Assembly: GCA_963666565.1 (NCBI GenBank)
Contig: OY762911.1
Coordinates: 832,001-896,000 of the forward strand
Source of the DNA: Thermoanaerobaculia bacterium
Lineage (GTDB): Bacteria > Acidobacteriota > Thermoanaerobaculia > Multivoradales > Multivoraceae
Direction of reading: 5' to 3'
Length of the DNA stretch: 64,000 bases
In this document: one piece after another, positions 23,641 to 33,539 of the stretch
How the letters are laid out: each line of letters starts with the position of its first letter
Numbering within the stretch: the first letter of the stretch is position 1
Position numbers and translations under genes: made by a program
The notes under the pieces: generated by a model
Seen by the model: only the letters and a program-made list of their open reading frames with translations
Told to the model about the DNA's origin: nothing
The model's database searches: none

Positions 23641-23713
23641 GGGTCCATAGCTCAGCGGTTAGAGCATCCGGCTCATAACCGGCAGGTCCCTGGTTCGAAT
23701 CCAGGTGGACCCA
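23641..23713 (+). tRNA. tRNA with CAT anticodon, most likely tRNA-Ile2 (lysidine); CCA not encoded
   Basis: GGGTCCA TAGCTCAGCGGTTAGAGC ATCCGG CT CAT AA CCGG...CCTGGTTCGAATCCAGG TGGACCC A; body resembles Ile2 rather than Met tRNAs; TATACT -10 at 23610-23615. Confidence 0.85.
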
Positions 23714-23834
23714 CACCGCGAACGGCGGAGCCTGCGATCGCTGCCTCGTTGGAACATCTGACAAATCGGCGTTTCGCCGGCGGACGGCAGATCGGTCGCT
23801 GCGGCGGATCGGCCCGGCTTCGGAACGGAGCGGA

Positions 23835-24575
23835 ATGGAAAGAGTCCTCGACATGATCGTAGATCTGCAGCAGGCGAGCCTCGAACTCGCCCACAGCCGC
23901 GCCCTGCTGGAAGGAGTTCCCGAGTCGATGCAGGAACTCCACGACCAGTACGAGAGCCAACGGGGCGAGATCGAGCGGCTGGAGCAGGAATGCCAGCAGG
24001 CGGAACTCGACCGCCGCGCCGCGGAAGCGGAGGCGGCATCGGGCAAGGAGAGCATCGACCGCTACCAGGAACAGATCGCCCGGGTGACGACGCAGCGCGA
24101 GTACGGCGCGCTCCTGAGCGAGATCGACACCGTCCGCGCCAGGATGCGCGAAGCCGACGACGAGGCCCTGCAGGCCATCGAGCGCCAGGAGGAGGCCTCG
24201 GCGGAGCTCGACGGCATCCGCGGCGCCTTCGAGACCCTGAACGAGCAGTACCAGGAACAGCTCGCCGTCTGGGAGGAGCAGAAGCCCGAGATGCGCAAGC
24301 GCGTCGAGGCGCTCGAAGGCCGGATCGAGGTGTACCGCGAACGTCTCCCTCCCGCCGCCCTCCTCCAGTACGAGCGCCTGTTCGAGCGTCACGACGGTGC
24401 GCCCCTGGCCGTCATCGGGGTCGTGGAGGGCGCCGGCGCGCCCATCCGGCACTGTTCCTTCTGCAACTACCGGATCAGGCCGCAGGTCGTCGTGCAGATT
24501 CAGACCCAGGGAGCGCTCGTCCCCTGCGACTCCTGCCAGCGGATCCTGTACCTGGACGGCGGAGGGACCGACTGA
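23835..24575 (+). CDS. Coiled-coil C4 zinc-ribbon protein (DUF164 / CT398-like)
   Basis: Long coiled coil, REYGALLSEI, C-terminal CSFC...CDSCQRILY. Confidence 0.88.
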   Translation: MERVLDMIVDLQQASLELAHSRALLEGVPESMQELHDQYESQRGEIERLEQECQQAELDRRAAEAEAASGKESIDRYQEQIARVTTQREYGALLSEIDTVRARMREADDEALQAIERQEEASAELDGIRGAFETLNEQYQEQLAVWEEQKPEMRKRVEALEGRIEVYRERLPPAALLQYERLFERHDGAPLAVIGVVEGAGAPIRHCSFCNYRIRPQVVVQIQTQGALVPCDSCQRILYLDGGGTD

Positions 24576-25294
24576 GCGACGCGCCGGAACGGACAGCCGC
24601 GGACCGCTACGCGGAGATCGTGGAGCGGCTGGCGGAGGCCTGCCGGCGGGCGGGCAGGCAGCCGGGGGACGTGGCCCTGGTCGGCGCCTGCAAGCGCCAG
24701 CCGATCGAGCGGATCGCCGAGGCGCTGGAGGCGGGTCTGCGGATTCTCGGCGAGAACCGGGTCCAGGAAGCGGAGACGCACCGGGCGGCGCTGGTCGAGG
24801 AAGGCTTCGGCGACCGGGTCGCGTGGCATCTGATCGGGCCGCTCCAGACGAACAAGGCGGGTCGGGCCTGCGAGGTCTTCGACGTGTTCGAGGCGGTCGA
24901 CCGGCCGAAGATCGCGGCGCGGCTCGACCGGGTGCTCGCCGGCCGGGGAGACGGCGTCCGAAGCTGCCTGCTGGAAGTGAACGTCGGCCGCGAGCCGAGC
25001 AAGCACGGGTTCCTGCCCGAGGACGAGGAGGGGATGCTGGGGCTGGCGGAGCTGGAGCGGCTGCGGATCCGCGGGCTGATGGCGATTCCGCCTGGGCGCG
25101 CGGCGGCGAGCGAGTCCCGGGCGGACTTCGCGGCGCTCCGGCGCCTGCGCGACCGGCTCGGGAAGCGCGGGTTGTTCGGAGAGCGCGAGGGGTGGCTGTC
25201 GATGGGGATGAGCGCGGACTTCGAGGCGGCGGTGCTGGAGGGGGCGACGCATGTGCGGATCGGCTCGGCGTTGTTCGGGCCGCGGCCGGGGTAA
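24572..25294 (+). CDS. yggS: PLP homeostasis protein (YggS family)
   Basis: LVGACK, LGENRVQE, WHLIGPLQTNK, LSMGMSADF, VRIGSALFG; start uncertain (CTG at 24572 proposed). Confidence 0.88.
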   Translation: MSDAPERTAADRYAEIVERLAEACRRAGRQPGDVALVGACKRQPIERIAEALEAGLRILGENRVQEAETHRAALVEEGFGDRVAWHLIGPLQTNKAGRACEVFDVFEAVDRPKIAARLDRVLAGRGDGVRSCLLEVNVGREPSKHGFLPEDEEGMLGLAELERLRIRGLMAIPPGRAAASESRADFAALRRLRDRLGKRGLFGEREGWLSMGMSADFEAAVLEGATHVRIGSALFGPRPG

Positions 25295-25338
25295 GAAGGA
25301 CGCCGGTCAGGGCCGGCGACGGTGCTACCGTTCAGGGC

Positions 25339-27183
25339 TTGGAGACTCTGTCCGATCTGCTCGCGGTCGTCGCGGAGCGCCACGGGGATCGCGAGGCCTT
25401 GCTGGCGATCCGGCGGCATGGCCGGACGGAGTCGCTGTCGGCGGGCGAGTTCATCGACGCCGTCCGCCGGACCGCGACGGCGCTCGAGTCGCACGGCGTG
25501 GCGAAGGGCGACCGGATCGCGCTGTTCGCCACGAACCGGCCGGAGTGGCACGTCGTCGACTTCGCCTGCCATCTGCTGGGCGCGGTGTCGGTGCCGATCT
25601 ACCCGACGCTCAACGCGCCCCAGGTCGCCTACATCCTGCTCGACAGCGGCGCCGGCTGGATCTTCTACGACGACGAGGCGAAGCGGGACCTGCTCGCCGG
25701 CGTCGTCCCGGGCGGCGCCGGGGACGCCGAAGGCGCGCGGGCCGCGGCGTCCGGCGACGAGCGTCGGCAGGACGAAGATGCGCGGCCGCCGTCCAGCGAA
25801 GAGGGCGGGCAGCGGGGCCTGCGGCTGGTGGCGCTGGACCCAGGGGCCGCGGCGGAGGGCGGCACTCATCTCGACGCTCTGATTGCCGGCGCGCCGCCGG
25901 CCGCGGGCGCCGACCTCGCCGCCTTCGCCGGGCGGGTCGGCCCGGACGACACGGCGAGCGTCATTTACACCTCCGGCACCACCGGCGATCCCAAGGGCGT
26001 CGTCCTGTCGCACCGGAACTTCGTCTCGAACATCCTCGCCTGCCAGGAGCTCTACCCTCTGGGAGAAGAGGACCGGGCGCTCTCCTTCCTGCCGCTCTCC
26101 CACGTCTTCGAGCGCACCGTCGACTACCTCTTCTTCTACCGTGGGGTGTCGATCCACTACTCCCCCGCGATCGAGCGCGTCGCCGGGCTGATGCCGGACG
26201 TGCGGCCCACCGTCCTGTGCTCCGTGCCCAGGCTCTACGAGAGCGCCTACGTCCGTATCCGCAACACGTTCGCGAGCCAGCCGCCGGCCCGCCGCCGGCT
26301 GATCGACTGGGCGCTCAAGGTGGGCAAACGGCGGGCGGAGCGCGGCGGAGCGGCGGTCCGCGGCCTGCTCGCCGACCGCCTCGTGTTCCGCAAGATCAAG
26401 CAGCGGTTCGGGGGCCGCCTGCGGTTCGCCATCTCCGGCGGCGCGGCGATCGCCGACGAGGTCGCCGAGTTCTTCGACACGATCGGCATCCGGCTCTACC
26501 AGGGCTACGGCCTGACCGAGACGGCGCCGGTGCTGGCCGTGGAGTACCCCGGCGCCTCGCGGCGCGGCTCGGTCGGCAAGGCCGCTCCCGGAGTCGAACT
26601 GCGGATCGCCGACGACGGCGAGATCCTCGCCCGCACCGAGGGCCTGATGCAGGGCTACTGGAACAAGCCCGAGGCCACCGCGGAGGCGATCGACCCGGAC
26701 GGCTGGTTCCACACCGGCGACATCGGCCGCCTCGACGACGACGGCTTCCTCTACATCACGGACCGCAAGAAGGACCTGCTGGTCACCAGCAACGGCAAGA
26801 ACGTCGCGCCGCAGCCGATCGAGCAGATGCTGATCGCCCACCCCGCGGTCGCCCAGGTGGTCGTGGTCGGCGACGGCTACCCGTACCTCAACGCCCTGAT
26901 CGTGCCCAACTACGCGGAGCCGCCGGCGCCCTTCGAGGAGATGGACCCCGCGGAACTGCGGGAGGATCCGCGCCTCCAGGAGGTCGTCAAGGGATTGCTC
27001 GACCGGGCGAACGAGCGCCTGCCGGTCCACGAACGGGTGCGCCGCTTCCGGCTGCTCGAGCGCGAGCTGACGCTGGAGGAGGGCGAGATCACGCCCACGC
27101 TGAAGGTGCGCCGGAAGATCGTCAACGAGCGCTACCGCGACGTGATCGCCTCGATGTACCTGAAGAGCCAGCGAGTCAATTGA
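25339..27183 (+). CDS. Long-chain fatty acid-CoA ligase (AMP-binding)
   Basis: IYTSGTTGDPKG, QGYGLTE, WFHTGDIG, EITPTLKVRR; TTG start 7 nt after a TGcTACCGT -10. Confidence 0.9.
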   Translation: METLSDLLAVVAERHGDREALLAIRRHGRTESLSAGEFIDAVRRTATALESHGVAKGDRIALFATNRPEWHVVDFACHLLGAVSVPIYPTLNAPQVAYILLDSGAGWIFYDDEAKRDLLAGVVPGGAGDAEGARAAASGDERRQDEDARPPSSEEGGQRGLRLVALDPGAAAEGGTHLDALIAGAPPAAGADLAAFAGRVGPDDTASVIYTSGTTGDPKGVVLSHRNFVSNILACQELYPLGEEDRALSFLPLSHVFERTVDYLFFYRGVSIHYSPAIERVAGLMPDVRPTVLCSVPRLYESAYVRIRNTFASQPPARRRLIDWALKVGKRRAERGGAAVRGLLADRLVFRKIKQRFGGRLRFAISGGAAIADEVAEFFDTIGIRLYQGYGLTETAPVLAVEYPGASRRGSVGKAAPGVELRIADDGEILARTEGLMQGYWNKPEATAEAIDPDGWFHTGDIGRLDDDGFLYITDRKKDLLVTSNGKNVAPQPIEQMLIAHPAVAQVVVVGDGYPYLNALIVPNYAEPPAPFEEMDPAELREDPRLQEVVKGLLDRANERLPVHERVRRFRLLERELTLEEGEITPTLKVRRKIVNERYRDVIASMYLKSQRVN

Positions 27184-27487
27184 CGCGGCCGGACTGGTCC
27201 GTCGGGTCGGGCGCCTCCTCGATCGGGCCGTGGACCTCCTCGTAGCGCCGCAGGTTCGTGCCGAGGGCGCGGATGATCCGCTTGAGATGCCCGGGGCTCG
27301 TCACGATCCGGGCGCTGACGATGCCCTGGGGCGGCACCACGTTGATGAAGTCGAGGATGAACTCCTCGCGGGTATGGGTGATGCGCAGCAGGTTGGAGTA
27401 CGCCCCCTTCAGCTCGGCGTCGCCGATCTTCACGTTGATCGACGACGCGTCCTCCTCGGCCGCAACATCCTTGGGTTGGTCGCTCAT
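27176..27487 (-). CDS. DUF3467-family protein
   Basis: GAYSNLLRITHTREEFILDF...ARIVTSPGHLKR...YEEVHGPI pattern; ATG overlaps the wzt stop. Confidence 0.8.
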   Translation of the reverse strand: MSDQPKDVAAEEDASSINVKIGDAELKGAYSNLLRITHTREEFILDFINVVPPQGIVSARIVTSPGHLKRIIRALGTNLRRYEEVHGPIEEAPDPTDQSGRVN

Positions 27488-28962
27488 TCGTTCCTCCGTT
27501 GATCGCTGGGTGCGCCGGCCTTGCCGCCGGCATTCCGGGTTTGGCCGCGGGGCGCGCCTTGGCTCTCTGAATCGCCGGGCGCAAGCCAATCGATGACTGT
27601 CGGTCGTGGGTCGCCTTCCGCTTCGTCCCCGCCGGCCCGTTCGGCCGACGCCTCCACCTGCCACTCGTGGTCCGGCAGGTAGAGGCCGATGCTCCCGAGG
27701 GCCGTGCTCTCGGCCACCGTGAACCGAAGCGCTCGGCGGCGGTAATCGTACGCCCTGCCGTCGCGCGCGTGAACCGCCACGTCCACCGTGTACTCGCCGG
27801 GGGCCAGCCGCAGCTCGGGACAGACCAGCCGCACCCGCACCGGCCCGGAGAGGAGGCGCGGTTCGTAGCCGGCCAGGTCGGTGTTCGTGCCCCAGCAGTC
27901 GATGCCGCGGGGCGTCTTGACGCCGACGCCGAAGACGAAGTCGGAGAGGTTTTCCCGCGGCTCGACCTCGAGTTCGAAGGCCACCGCTTCCCCCCAGTGC
28001 AGGTGATAGCGCTCTTCCCGTTCCCCGCCGGCCAGCAGCCGGGCCGCCACGATCTCCGCCTGGCCCGAGCCCCAGCGGAGGGTCTCTTCGCCGCCGTCCG
28101 CCGCCGTCGGCACCTCGGCGCCGTCCCCGTCCGCGCCCCCGTCCGCGCCCTCCTTCGAGGCGGCCGCCGCGGCCGCGGACAGGCGGCGCCGGTCGTGGGC
28201 CTCGCCCTCGCGCGCCGCCACCGATTCCAGGTAGGCGTCGATGACCCGCCGGGTCGAGCCCAGGCCGCGGATGCGCCCGCCGTCGAGCCACATGGCGCGG
28301 TCGCAGATCTGGTCGATCAGCGCCATCGTGTGGCTGACCACCAGCAGGGTGCCGCCGCCGGCCAGATGCTCCTCGATCCGCGCCAGGCAGCGGTGAACGA
28401 ACTCCTCGTCGCCCACCGCGAGGACCTCGTCGACCAGCAGGATCTCCGGGTCGGTGTGGATCGCGACCGAGAAGCCCAGCCGGACGTACATGCCCGACGA
28501 GTAGTACTTGATCGGCTCCTCGATGAAGTCGCCGAGCCCGGCGAACTCCACGATGTCGTCGTAGCGCCGCTCGATGCGCCGCCGGCTCAGTCCGAGCAGC
28601 GCCCCGTTGATGTAGACGTTCTCCCGGCCCGAGATCTCCGGATGAAAGCCCGCGCCGAGCTCGATCAGGGCCGCGACCCGGCCGTTCACCGCGAGCTCGC
28701 CGGAGGTCGGCGGCAGCAGGCCGGCCACCAGCTTGATCAGCGTCGACTTGCCCGAACCGTTGCCGCCGATGATGCCCACCGCCTCGCCGACGGCGACCTC
28801 GAAACCGACGTCGGTCAGGGCCTCGACGACTTCGCCCGAACCGAGCCCGCCGGTCAGGCTGCCTTCGAGCAGCGCGCTCTTCAGCGTCCGCAGCCGGTAG
28901 CCGCCGGCGGTGCGCCGGTAGCGCTTGCACAGGCCGCTCGCCGCGATTGCCGGCGGACTCAA
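27484..28962 (-). CDS. wzt: Polysaccharide ABC transporter ATPase with Wzt C-terminal carbohydrate-binding domain
   Basis: GGNGSGKST, ELGAGFHPEISGREN, YSSGMYVRLGFS, DEVLAVGD; C-terminal RWGSG...GTNT...LAPGEY domain. Confidence 0.9.
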   Translation of the reverse strand: MSPPAIAASGLCKRYRRTAGGYRLRTLKSALLEGSLTGGLGSGEVVEALTDVGFEVAVGEAVGIIGGNGSGKSTLIKLVAGLLPPTSGELAVNGRVAALIELGAGFHPEISGRENVYINGALLGLSRRRIERRYDDIVEFAGLGDFIEEPIKYYSSGMYVRLGFSVAIHTDPEILLVDEVLAVGDEEFVHRCLARIEEHLAGGGTLLVVSHTMALIDQICDRAMWLDGGRIRGLGSTRRVIDAYLESVAAREGEAHDRRRLSAAAAAASKEGADGGADGDGAEVPTAADGGEETLRWGSGQAEIVAARLLAGGEREERYHLHWGEAVAFELEVEPRENLSDFVFGVGVKTPRGIDCWGTNTDLAGYEPRLLSGPVRVRLVCPELRLAPGEYTVDVAVHARDGRAYDYRRRALRFTVAESTALGSIGLYLPDHEWQVEASAERAGGDEAEGDPRPTVIDWLAPGDSESQGAPRGQTRNAGGKAGAPSDQRRNE

Positions 28963-28963
28963 C

Positions 28964-29764
28964 TCAGACCGCCTCTGCCAGGGTGTCGGAGAGGCGCGAG
29001 AACAGGCCGGCGCCCGCTACCCACGACACCGCGGCGATCGCGGCCATGATCGCCCACGCGTCGAGCCCGGGCAGGCGGCCGAAGAACAGAAGGTCCTGGG
29101 TCGCGGTGGTGAACGAAGTCATCGGGTTCAGTTGCACCACCCGCGCGAACTGCGGCGGCAGGTCGCTCAGCGTGTAGATGATCGGCGCCAGGAAGAACGC
29201 CAGGACAAGCAGATTGCCGAGCAGATCCCGCACGTCCTTGAAGTGGACGCACAGGGCCGCCAGCGCGAAGGCGAGACCGGCGACCATGACCAGCTCGAGC
29301 GCCAGCACGGCCGGCAGCAGGACGACCGTCCAGCCCGAGATCGAATGGCCGAGCAGCCGGCCGGCGACCAGCGCGACTCCGACGATCGGCAGCGCCAGCA
29401 GGAAGTGCACCAGGTTCGCCGCCACCGCCACCGCCGGCAGCACCTCGACCGGAAACACCGCCTTGCGGATCAGCCCGCCGTTGGCGGTCAGCGAAGTGCA
29501 GCCCTCGAGCAGCGAGGTCGACACCCAGATCCACGGGAACAGGCCGGTGACGAGGAAGACGCCGTAGGGCTCGACGTCCACCAGGTCCGAGCGCTTCAGG
29601 ATCACGCCGAAGACGAAGGAGTAGACGGCCAGCAGCAGGAGCGGATTCAGCAGCGACCACAGGAAGCCCAGGACGCTGCCGCGGTAGCGCGCCCGGAGTT
29701 CCCGCATGACCAGGGTCCAGAGCAGGCTGCGGTAGCGGACCAGGGATCGAGCCAGATCGACCAT
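28964..29764 (-). CDS. wzm: Polysaccharide ABC transporter permease
   Basis: RELRARYRGSVLGFLWSLLNPL, LIRKAVFP, PIIY, LNPM. Confidence 0.9.
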   Translation of the reverse strand: MVDLARSLVRYRSLLWTLVMRELRARYRGSVLGFLWSLLNPLLLLAVYSFVFGVILKRSDLVDVEPYGVFLVTGLFPWIWVSTSLLEGCTSLTANGGLIRKAVFPVEVLPAVAVAANLVHFLLALPIVGVALVAGRLLGHSISGWTVVLLPAVLALELVMVAGLAFALAALCVHFKDVRDLLGNLLVLAFFLAPIIYTLSDLPPQFARVVQLNPMTSFTTATQDLLFFGRLPGLDAWAIMAAIAAVSWVAGAGLFSRLSDTLAEAV

Positions 29765-29837
29765 TGCCGCGAGCATCTTACGCGGGCGCCCCGGGGCGGC
29801 CCGCCGCCGCCAGAGGCGGCCGGGAAGCGGCCGCGAT

Positions 29838-32060
29838 TCAGACGGCGGCGGCGCCGGGCTCGAACTCCAGGTACACCGGCGCCCCGCCGAGCGCCGCAGG
29901 AACCCGGTCGAGCTCCCGGCCGTCCCGGTCGCGGACCGCGCGAACCGCGCCCTCGGGCCGGAAGGACCGGCCGCGCCCGTCCACCGCCCACAGGACCCGG
30001 ACTTCGCGCCCCTGACGGAGCGCCCGGTAGCCGCGCGCGCCCGCCGGCATCCGCAGGCGCCGGACCTCCGCGCCGGCCAGGTCGCGCTGAAGCTGGCGGA
30101 ACGCGAGGTAGGCGGGGCGCCGCCGGAGGCCGCCGCCGCGCGGGTCGAGCAGCCCGTAGCCGGCCGCCGCCAGACGCCACCAGTAGACGCGCTCGGCCAG
30201 GCCGGTTCCCAGCGCCTCCAGCGCGTAGCGGACCAGGTAGCTGGCCTGGGCGTCCTCGTCCACCGCCACGTCGCGGCCCGCCGGCGCGTGCGGCCCTTCC
30301 GCGAGCGGCCAGTTGAACTCGGTCACCCAGCTCCGGCCCGACGCGCAGTCCGGCGCCCGGCGCGCCAGGGCGCCCAGCAGCGCCAGCTTGCCGGCGAGGT
30401 CGAAGCCAAGCTGCCGGTTCTCCGGCGCGCCCCGGCGGTCGACGTAGAGCTGGTTCGCCAGGATGTCGAACCCGTGCCGGGCCGAACCGGAGTGAATCAG
30501 CGCGGCCGTGGCGTGGGGCTCGAAGTCGATCGTCGCCGGGGCGAGCACGCAGGCGTCGCTGCGGCGAGCCCGCACCGCCTCGGCGCCGGCGGCCAGCAGG
30601 TTCCAGTAGTCGTCCGGCCGCCAGACGCCCCACTTGCTGCGATTCGGCGCCTGGCCGATGAGGAACCGGCGCCCGCACGGAGCGAGCGCGGCCGCGGCTT
30701 CCTCCACCCGCTCCCGCCAGAGCCCGGCGTCCCGGGCCAGCGAGCGGTCCTGGCAGAGGTGAAAGACGAGATCGAGCGGCCGGTCGGCGCGGCCGAGGGT
30801 TCGCGCCAGCTCCAGCAGGCCGCGGTCGACGCCTTGCCAGAGGTGGAAGCGCAGGAGCACGGTGTCGACTCCCAGGTCCCCGATCGCCCCGGCCAGGGAA
30901 TCGGCCGGCGCCGGGCCGGGACCGACCGCGACGCCCAGGCCGCCGAAGCGAACCGCCGGCGGGTCCCGGTCGAGGGCGCGCCGAACGCGGCGCGCCTCGA
31001 CGACCGACGCGGCCAGCGGAACGGCGGCCCGCAGCAGCGGGCGCGCGTGGCGGCCGGCGTCGCGCAGGCGCACGCCCAGGCGCTGGCCGCGGGTGGCCTG
31101 CTGGTGCGGCTGATCGGTCAGCGGGTCCCACACCGCGCGCTCGGTCGCCGTCGCCCCCCGCTCCGCCCCCGGTACGTGGGGATGCGCGCGGCGGCGCGGC
31201 AGCAGCAGATCGGCGAGCCGGCGCAGGCCCCGGCGCGCGCCCTGCTTCGACCCCAGCTTGAGCCGGAAGCCGCGGTGGTACGCCTCGAACCAGATCCGCT
31301 GCAGCCGGGGCAGGCCGCCCGGCCGGTAGCCGGCCAGGTACTCCGTCCGGTCGTCCGGCCGCAGCACCGGCATCCGGCTGAGGTCGCGCAGCCGCTGGCT
31401 GGTCGACAGGCGGCGGCGGAAGCGGGCCCGGTTCAGGTCGACCAGGAGCAGCTCGGCGTCGGTGACCGGCGCCGACAGGAGGACGTTGCCGGACGTCAGG
31501 TCCCGGAACCAGACGCCGTGCCCGTGAAGCCCCGCGGCCAGCGCGCCGACCCGCCGCAGCAGGGCCGGGCCGTCGATGCCGGGAAACCGCTCGGGGCCTT
31601 CGCCGGCGTTCAGGGCGCGCAGGACGTACCGCAGTTCCAGCGCCTCCGGCGCCAGCCGGCAGACGTACCAGGCGGGACCGTCGACCGTCTTCGACTCCGC
31701 GTAGAGGACGGGCGCCGGGGTCGCGACGCCTAGCCGGCCGAGCCGCCGCGCCGCCCGAAAGCTCAGGCCGGCCCGGGAGCCGCGCCGGCGCCGCCGCAGC
31801 CGCGCCCGCAGGTCGTCGTGGCGGAACTGCTTGACGACGACGGCCGTCTCGGCGGCCTCCGGGGCCGGCCGCCAGCCGGCCTCGTAGAGGTAGCTGCGGC
31901 CCCAGTGGACGCTGCGCCGCCCGCTCGCCGGGTCCAGCAGCCGGCGGAGCCTCTCCTCGAAGCCGGCGTCCAGGTCCCCGTCGACCGCCCGCGGCGCCAC
32001 GGCGCCCGCCATGTCGTCGAACTCGAACCGGCGTTCCGGCCGATCGGCCTCGCCGGTCAC
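29838..32060 (-). CDS. Fusion of a Kdo/WaaP-type (LPS) kinase and a glycoside-hydrolase-like (GH-A clan) domain
   Basis: GTG overlaps the rng stop; N-half VVVKQF...GVATPAP...FRDLTSGNVLL...VDLNR; C-half IGQAPNRSKWG...LYVDRRGAPE...WVTEFNW...QASYLVR...RVYWW...GYGLL. Confidence 0.72.
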   Translation of the reverse strand: MTGEADRPERRFEFDDMAGAVAPRAVDGDLDAGFEERLRRLLDPASGRRSVHWGRSYLYEAGWRPAPEAAETAVVVKQFRHDDLRARLRRRRRGSRAGLSFRAARRLGRLGVATPAPVLYAESKTVDGPAWYVCRLAPEALELRYVLRALNAGEGPERFPGIDGPALLRRVGALAAGLHGHGVWFRDLTSGNVLLSAPVTDAELLLVDLNRARFRRRLSTSQRLRDLSRMPVLRPDDRTEYLAGYRPGGLPRLQRIWFEAYHRGFRLKLGSKQGARRGLRRLADLLLPRRRAHPHVPGAERGATATERAVWDPLTDQPHQQATRGQRLGVRLRDAGRHARPLLRAAVPLAASVVEARRVRRALDRDPPAVRFGGLGVAVGPGPAPADSLAGAIGDLGVDTVLLRFHLWQGVDRGLLELARTLGRADRPLDLVFHLCQDRSLARDAGLWRERVEEAAAALAPCGRRFLIGQAPNRSKWGVWRPDDYWNLLAAGAEAVRARRSDACVLAPATIDFEPHATAALIHSGSARHGFDILANQLYVDRRGAPENRQLGFDLAGKLALLGALARRAPDCASGRSWVTEFNWPLAEGPHAPAGRDVAVDEDAQASYLVRYALEALGTGLAERVYWWRLAAAGYGLLDPRGGGLRRRPAYLAFRQLQRDLAGAEVRRLRMPAGARGYRALRQGREVRVLWAVDGRGRSFRPEGAVRAVRDRDGRELDRVPAALGGAPVYLEFEPGAAAV

Positions 32061-33508
32061 GAGGCGTCGATCTCGGCGACGACGAAGCGCTCGCGGTGCA
32101 GGCCCGGATCCGCCCGCAGCAGAATGGGCGCGTCGAACGCTCCCTGCATCCCGTCCAGGACCTCCGACTCGGAACCGTTCAGCCCGTCCAGGACCTCCGG
32201 GTGAACCCGCACTGCCAACTGGCGGCAGCCGCGGCCGGCATGCGCCAGACAGGCCCGCCGCAACTCCAGACAGATCGTCGCGACCGACTTGATCCGCCCC
32301 CTGCCCCGGCAGTACGGACAGGGTCCCGTGAGCGCCCGCTCCAGGTTCGCCCGGCGGCGCTGCCGGGTGACCTGCACCAGGCCGAACTCCGAGATCTCGA
32401 GCGCCCGCTTCCGGGCGCGGTCCTTCCGCAGTTCCGCTTCGAGCCGCTCGAAGACGGCGCGGCGATCCTCCTCGCGCTCCATGTCGATCAGGTCGATGAC
32501 GAGGATGCCGGACAGGTCCCGCAGCCGGATCTGGCGAACGGCCTCCTCGACCGCCTCGAGATTCGTCCGCAGCACCGTGTCGCGGAAGTTCCCCGGACCC
32601 CCGACGGCGCCGGCGCCCACGTCGCGCCCCGAGTTGACGTCGATCGCCACCAGGGCCTCGGTCTGGTTGATGACCAGGTGGCCGCCGGACGGCAGCGGCG
32701 TCCGGGGCTCGAGCGCGGCCTCGACGCCGGCGTCGATCCGGCGCCGGTCGAAGAGGCCGCGCCGGCTCCGGTGGAGCCGCTCGACGAGTTCCGGCTGCAC
32801 CCGCCGGAGGTAGTCGCGGATCACGCGGTGAGCGTCGGCGCCATCGACCCGCAACGCGTCGAAATCCTCCCCGAAACGGTCGCGGATCACCCGTACCGCG
32901 AGTTCCTCTTCGCGGTGGACCGGCGCCGGCGCCGCGAAGGAGGCCGCCCGCCCCTCGATCTCCCGCCAGAGGCCGGACAGGTACGCGCGGTCCCTCGCGA
33001 GGTCCTCCGCCGGGACGCCCGCCGCGGCGGTGCGCACGATGCACCCGGCCGCTTCGAGTTCGCCGGCGGCCGCCTCCCGCGCCGCGATTCTCAGCCGCTC
33101 GCGTTCCTCCGGATCCCCGATCCGCCTGGAAATCCCCACCCGTCCGGTCCCGGGCGTCAGCACCAGGTAGCGGCCGGGAAGCGCGATCCCGGTCGTGATC
33201 CGCGGTCCCTTGTCCGCCAGCCCCTCCCGCGCGATCTGGACGACGATCTCCTGGCCCCGGCGCGGGACGCAGGCGGGCTCGCCGTCCGCCGTCTCCTCCA
33301 GGTACAGGTAGCCGTCCCGTTGCAGCCCCAGGTCGACGAACGCGGCCCTCATGCCGGCGAGCACCCGACGGACCCGTCCCTTGTAGACGTTGCCGGCGAG
33401 GCCGCGGCCCCGGTGGCGCTCCACGAAGAACTCCACCAGCCGGCCGGCCTCCAGGACGGCGACGCGGGTCTGATGCGGGTCGCCTTCGACCAGAAGCTCC
33501 CTGTTCAT
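32057..33508 (-). CDS. rng: Ribonuclease G (Rne/Rng family)
   Basis: GNVYKGRV, AAFVDLG, TEALVAIDVNSG, RQIRLRDLSGILVIDLIDM, CPYCRG. Confidence 0.92.
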   Translation of the reverse strand: MNRELLVEGDPHQTRVAVLEAGRLVEFFVERHRGRGLAGNVYKGRVRRVLAGMRAAFVDLGLQRDGYLYLEETADGEPACVPRRGQEIVVQIAREGLADKGPRITTGIALPGRYLVLTPGTGRVGISRRIGDPEERERLRIAAREAAAGELEAAGCIVRTAAAGVPAEDLARDRAYLSGLWREIEGRAASFAAPAPVHREEELAVRVIRDRFGEDFDALRVDGADAHRVIRDYLRRVQPELVERLHRSRRGLFDRRRIDAGVEAALEPRTPLPSGGHLVINQTEALVAIDVNSGRDVGAGAVGGPGNFRDTVLRTNLEAVEEAVRQIRLRDLSGILVIDLIDMEREEDRRAVFERLEAELRKDRARKRALEISEFGLVQVTRQRRRANLERALTGPCPYCRGRGRIKSVATICLELRRACLAHAGRGCRQLAVRVHPEVLDGLNGSESEVLDGMQGAFDAPILLRADPGLHRERFVVAEIDAS

Positions 33509-33539
33509 TGCCGTGCCGGAGGCCGTCCCGGACGGCGGC

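Noticed and set aside
23641-23834. tRNA-anchored genomic island or att site (also checked at tRNA-Asn)
   Set aside because: No integrase and no duplicated tRNA 3' end seen; flanking genes are housekeeping.
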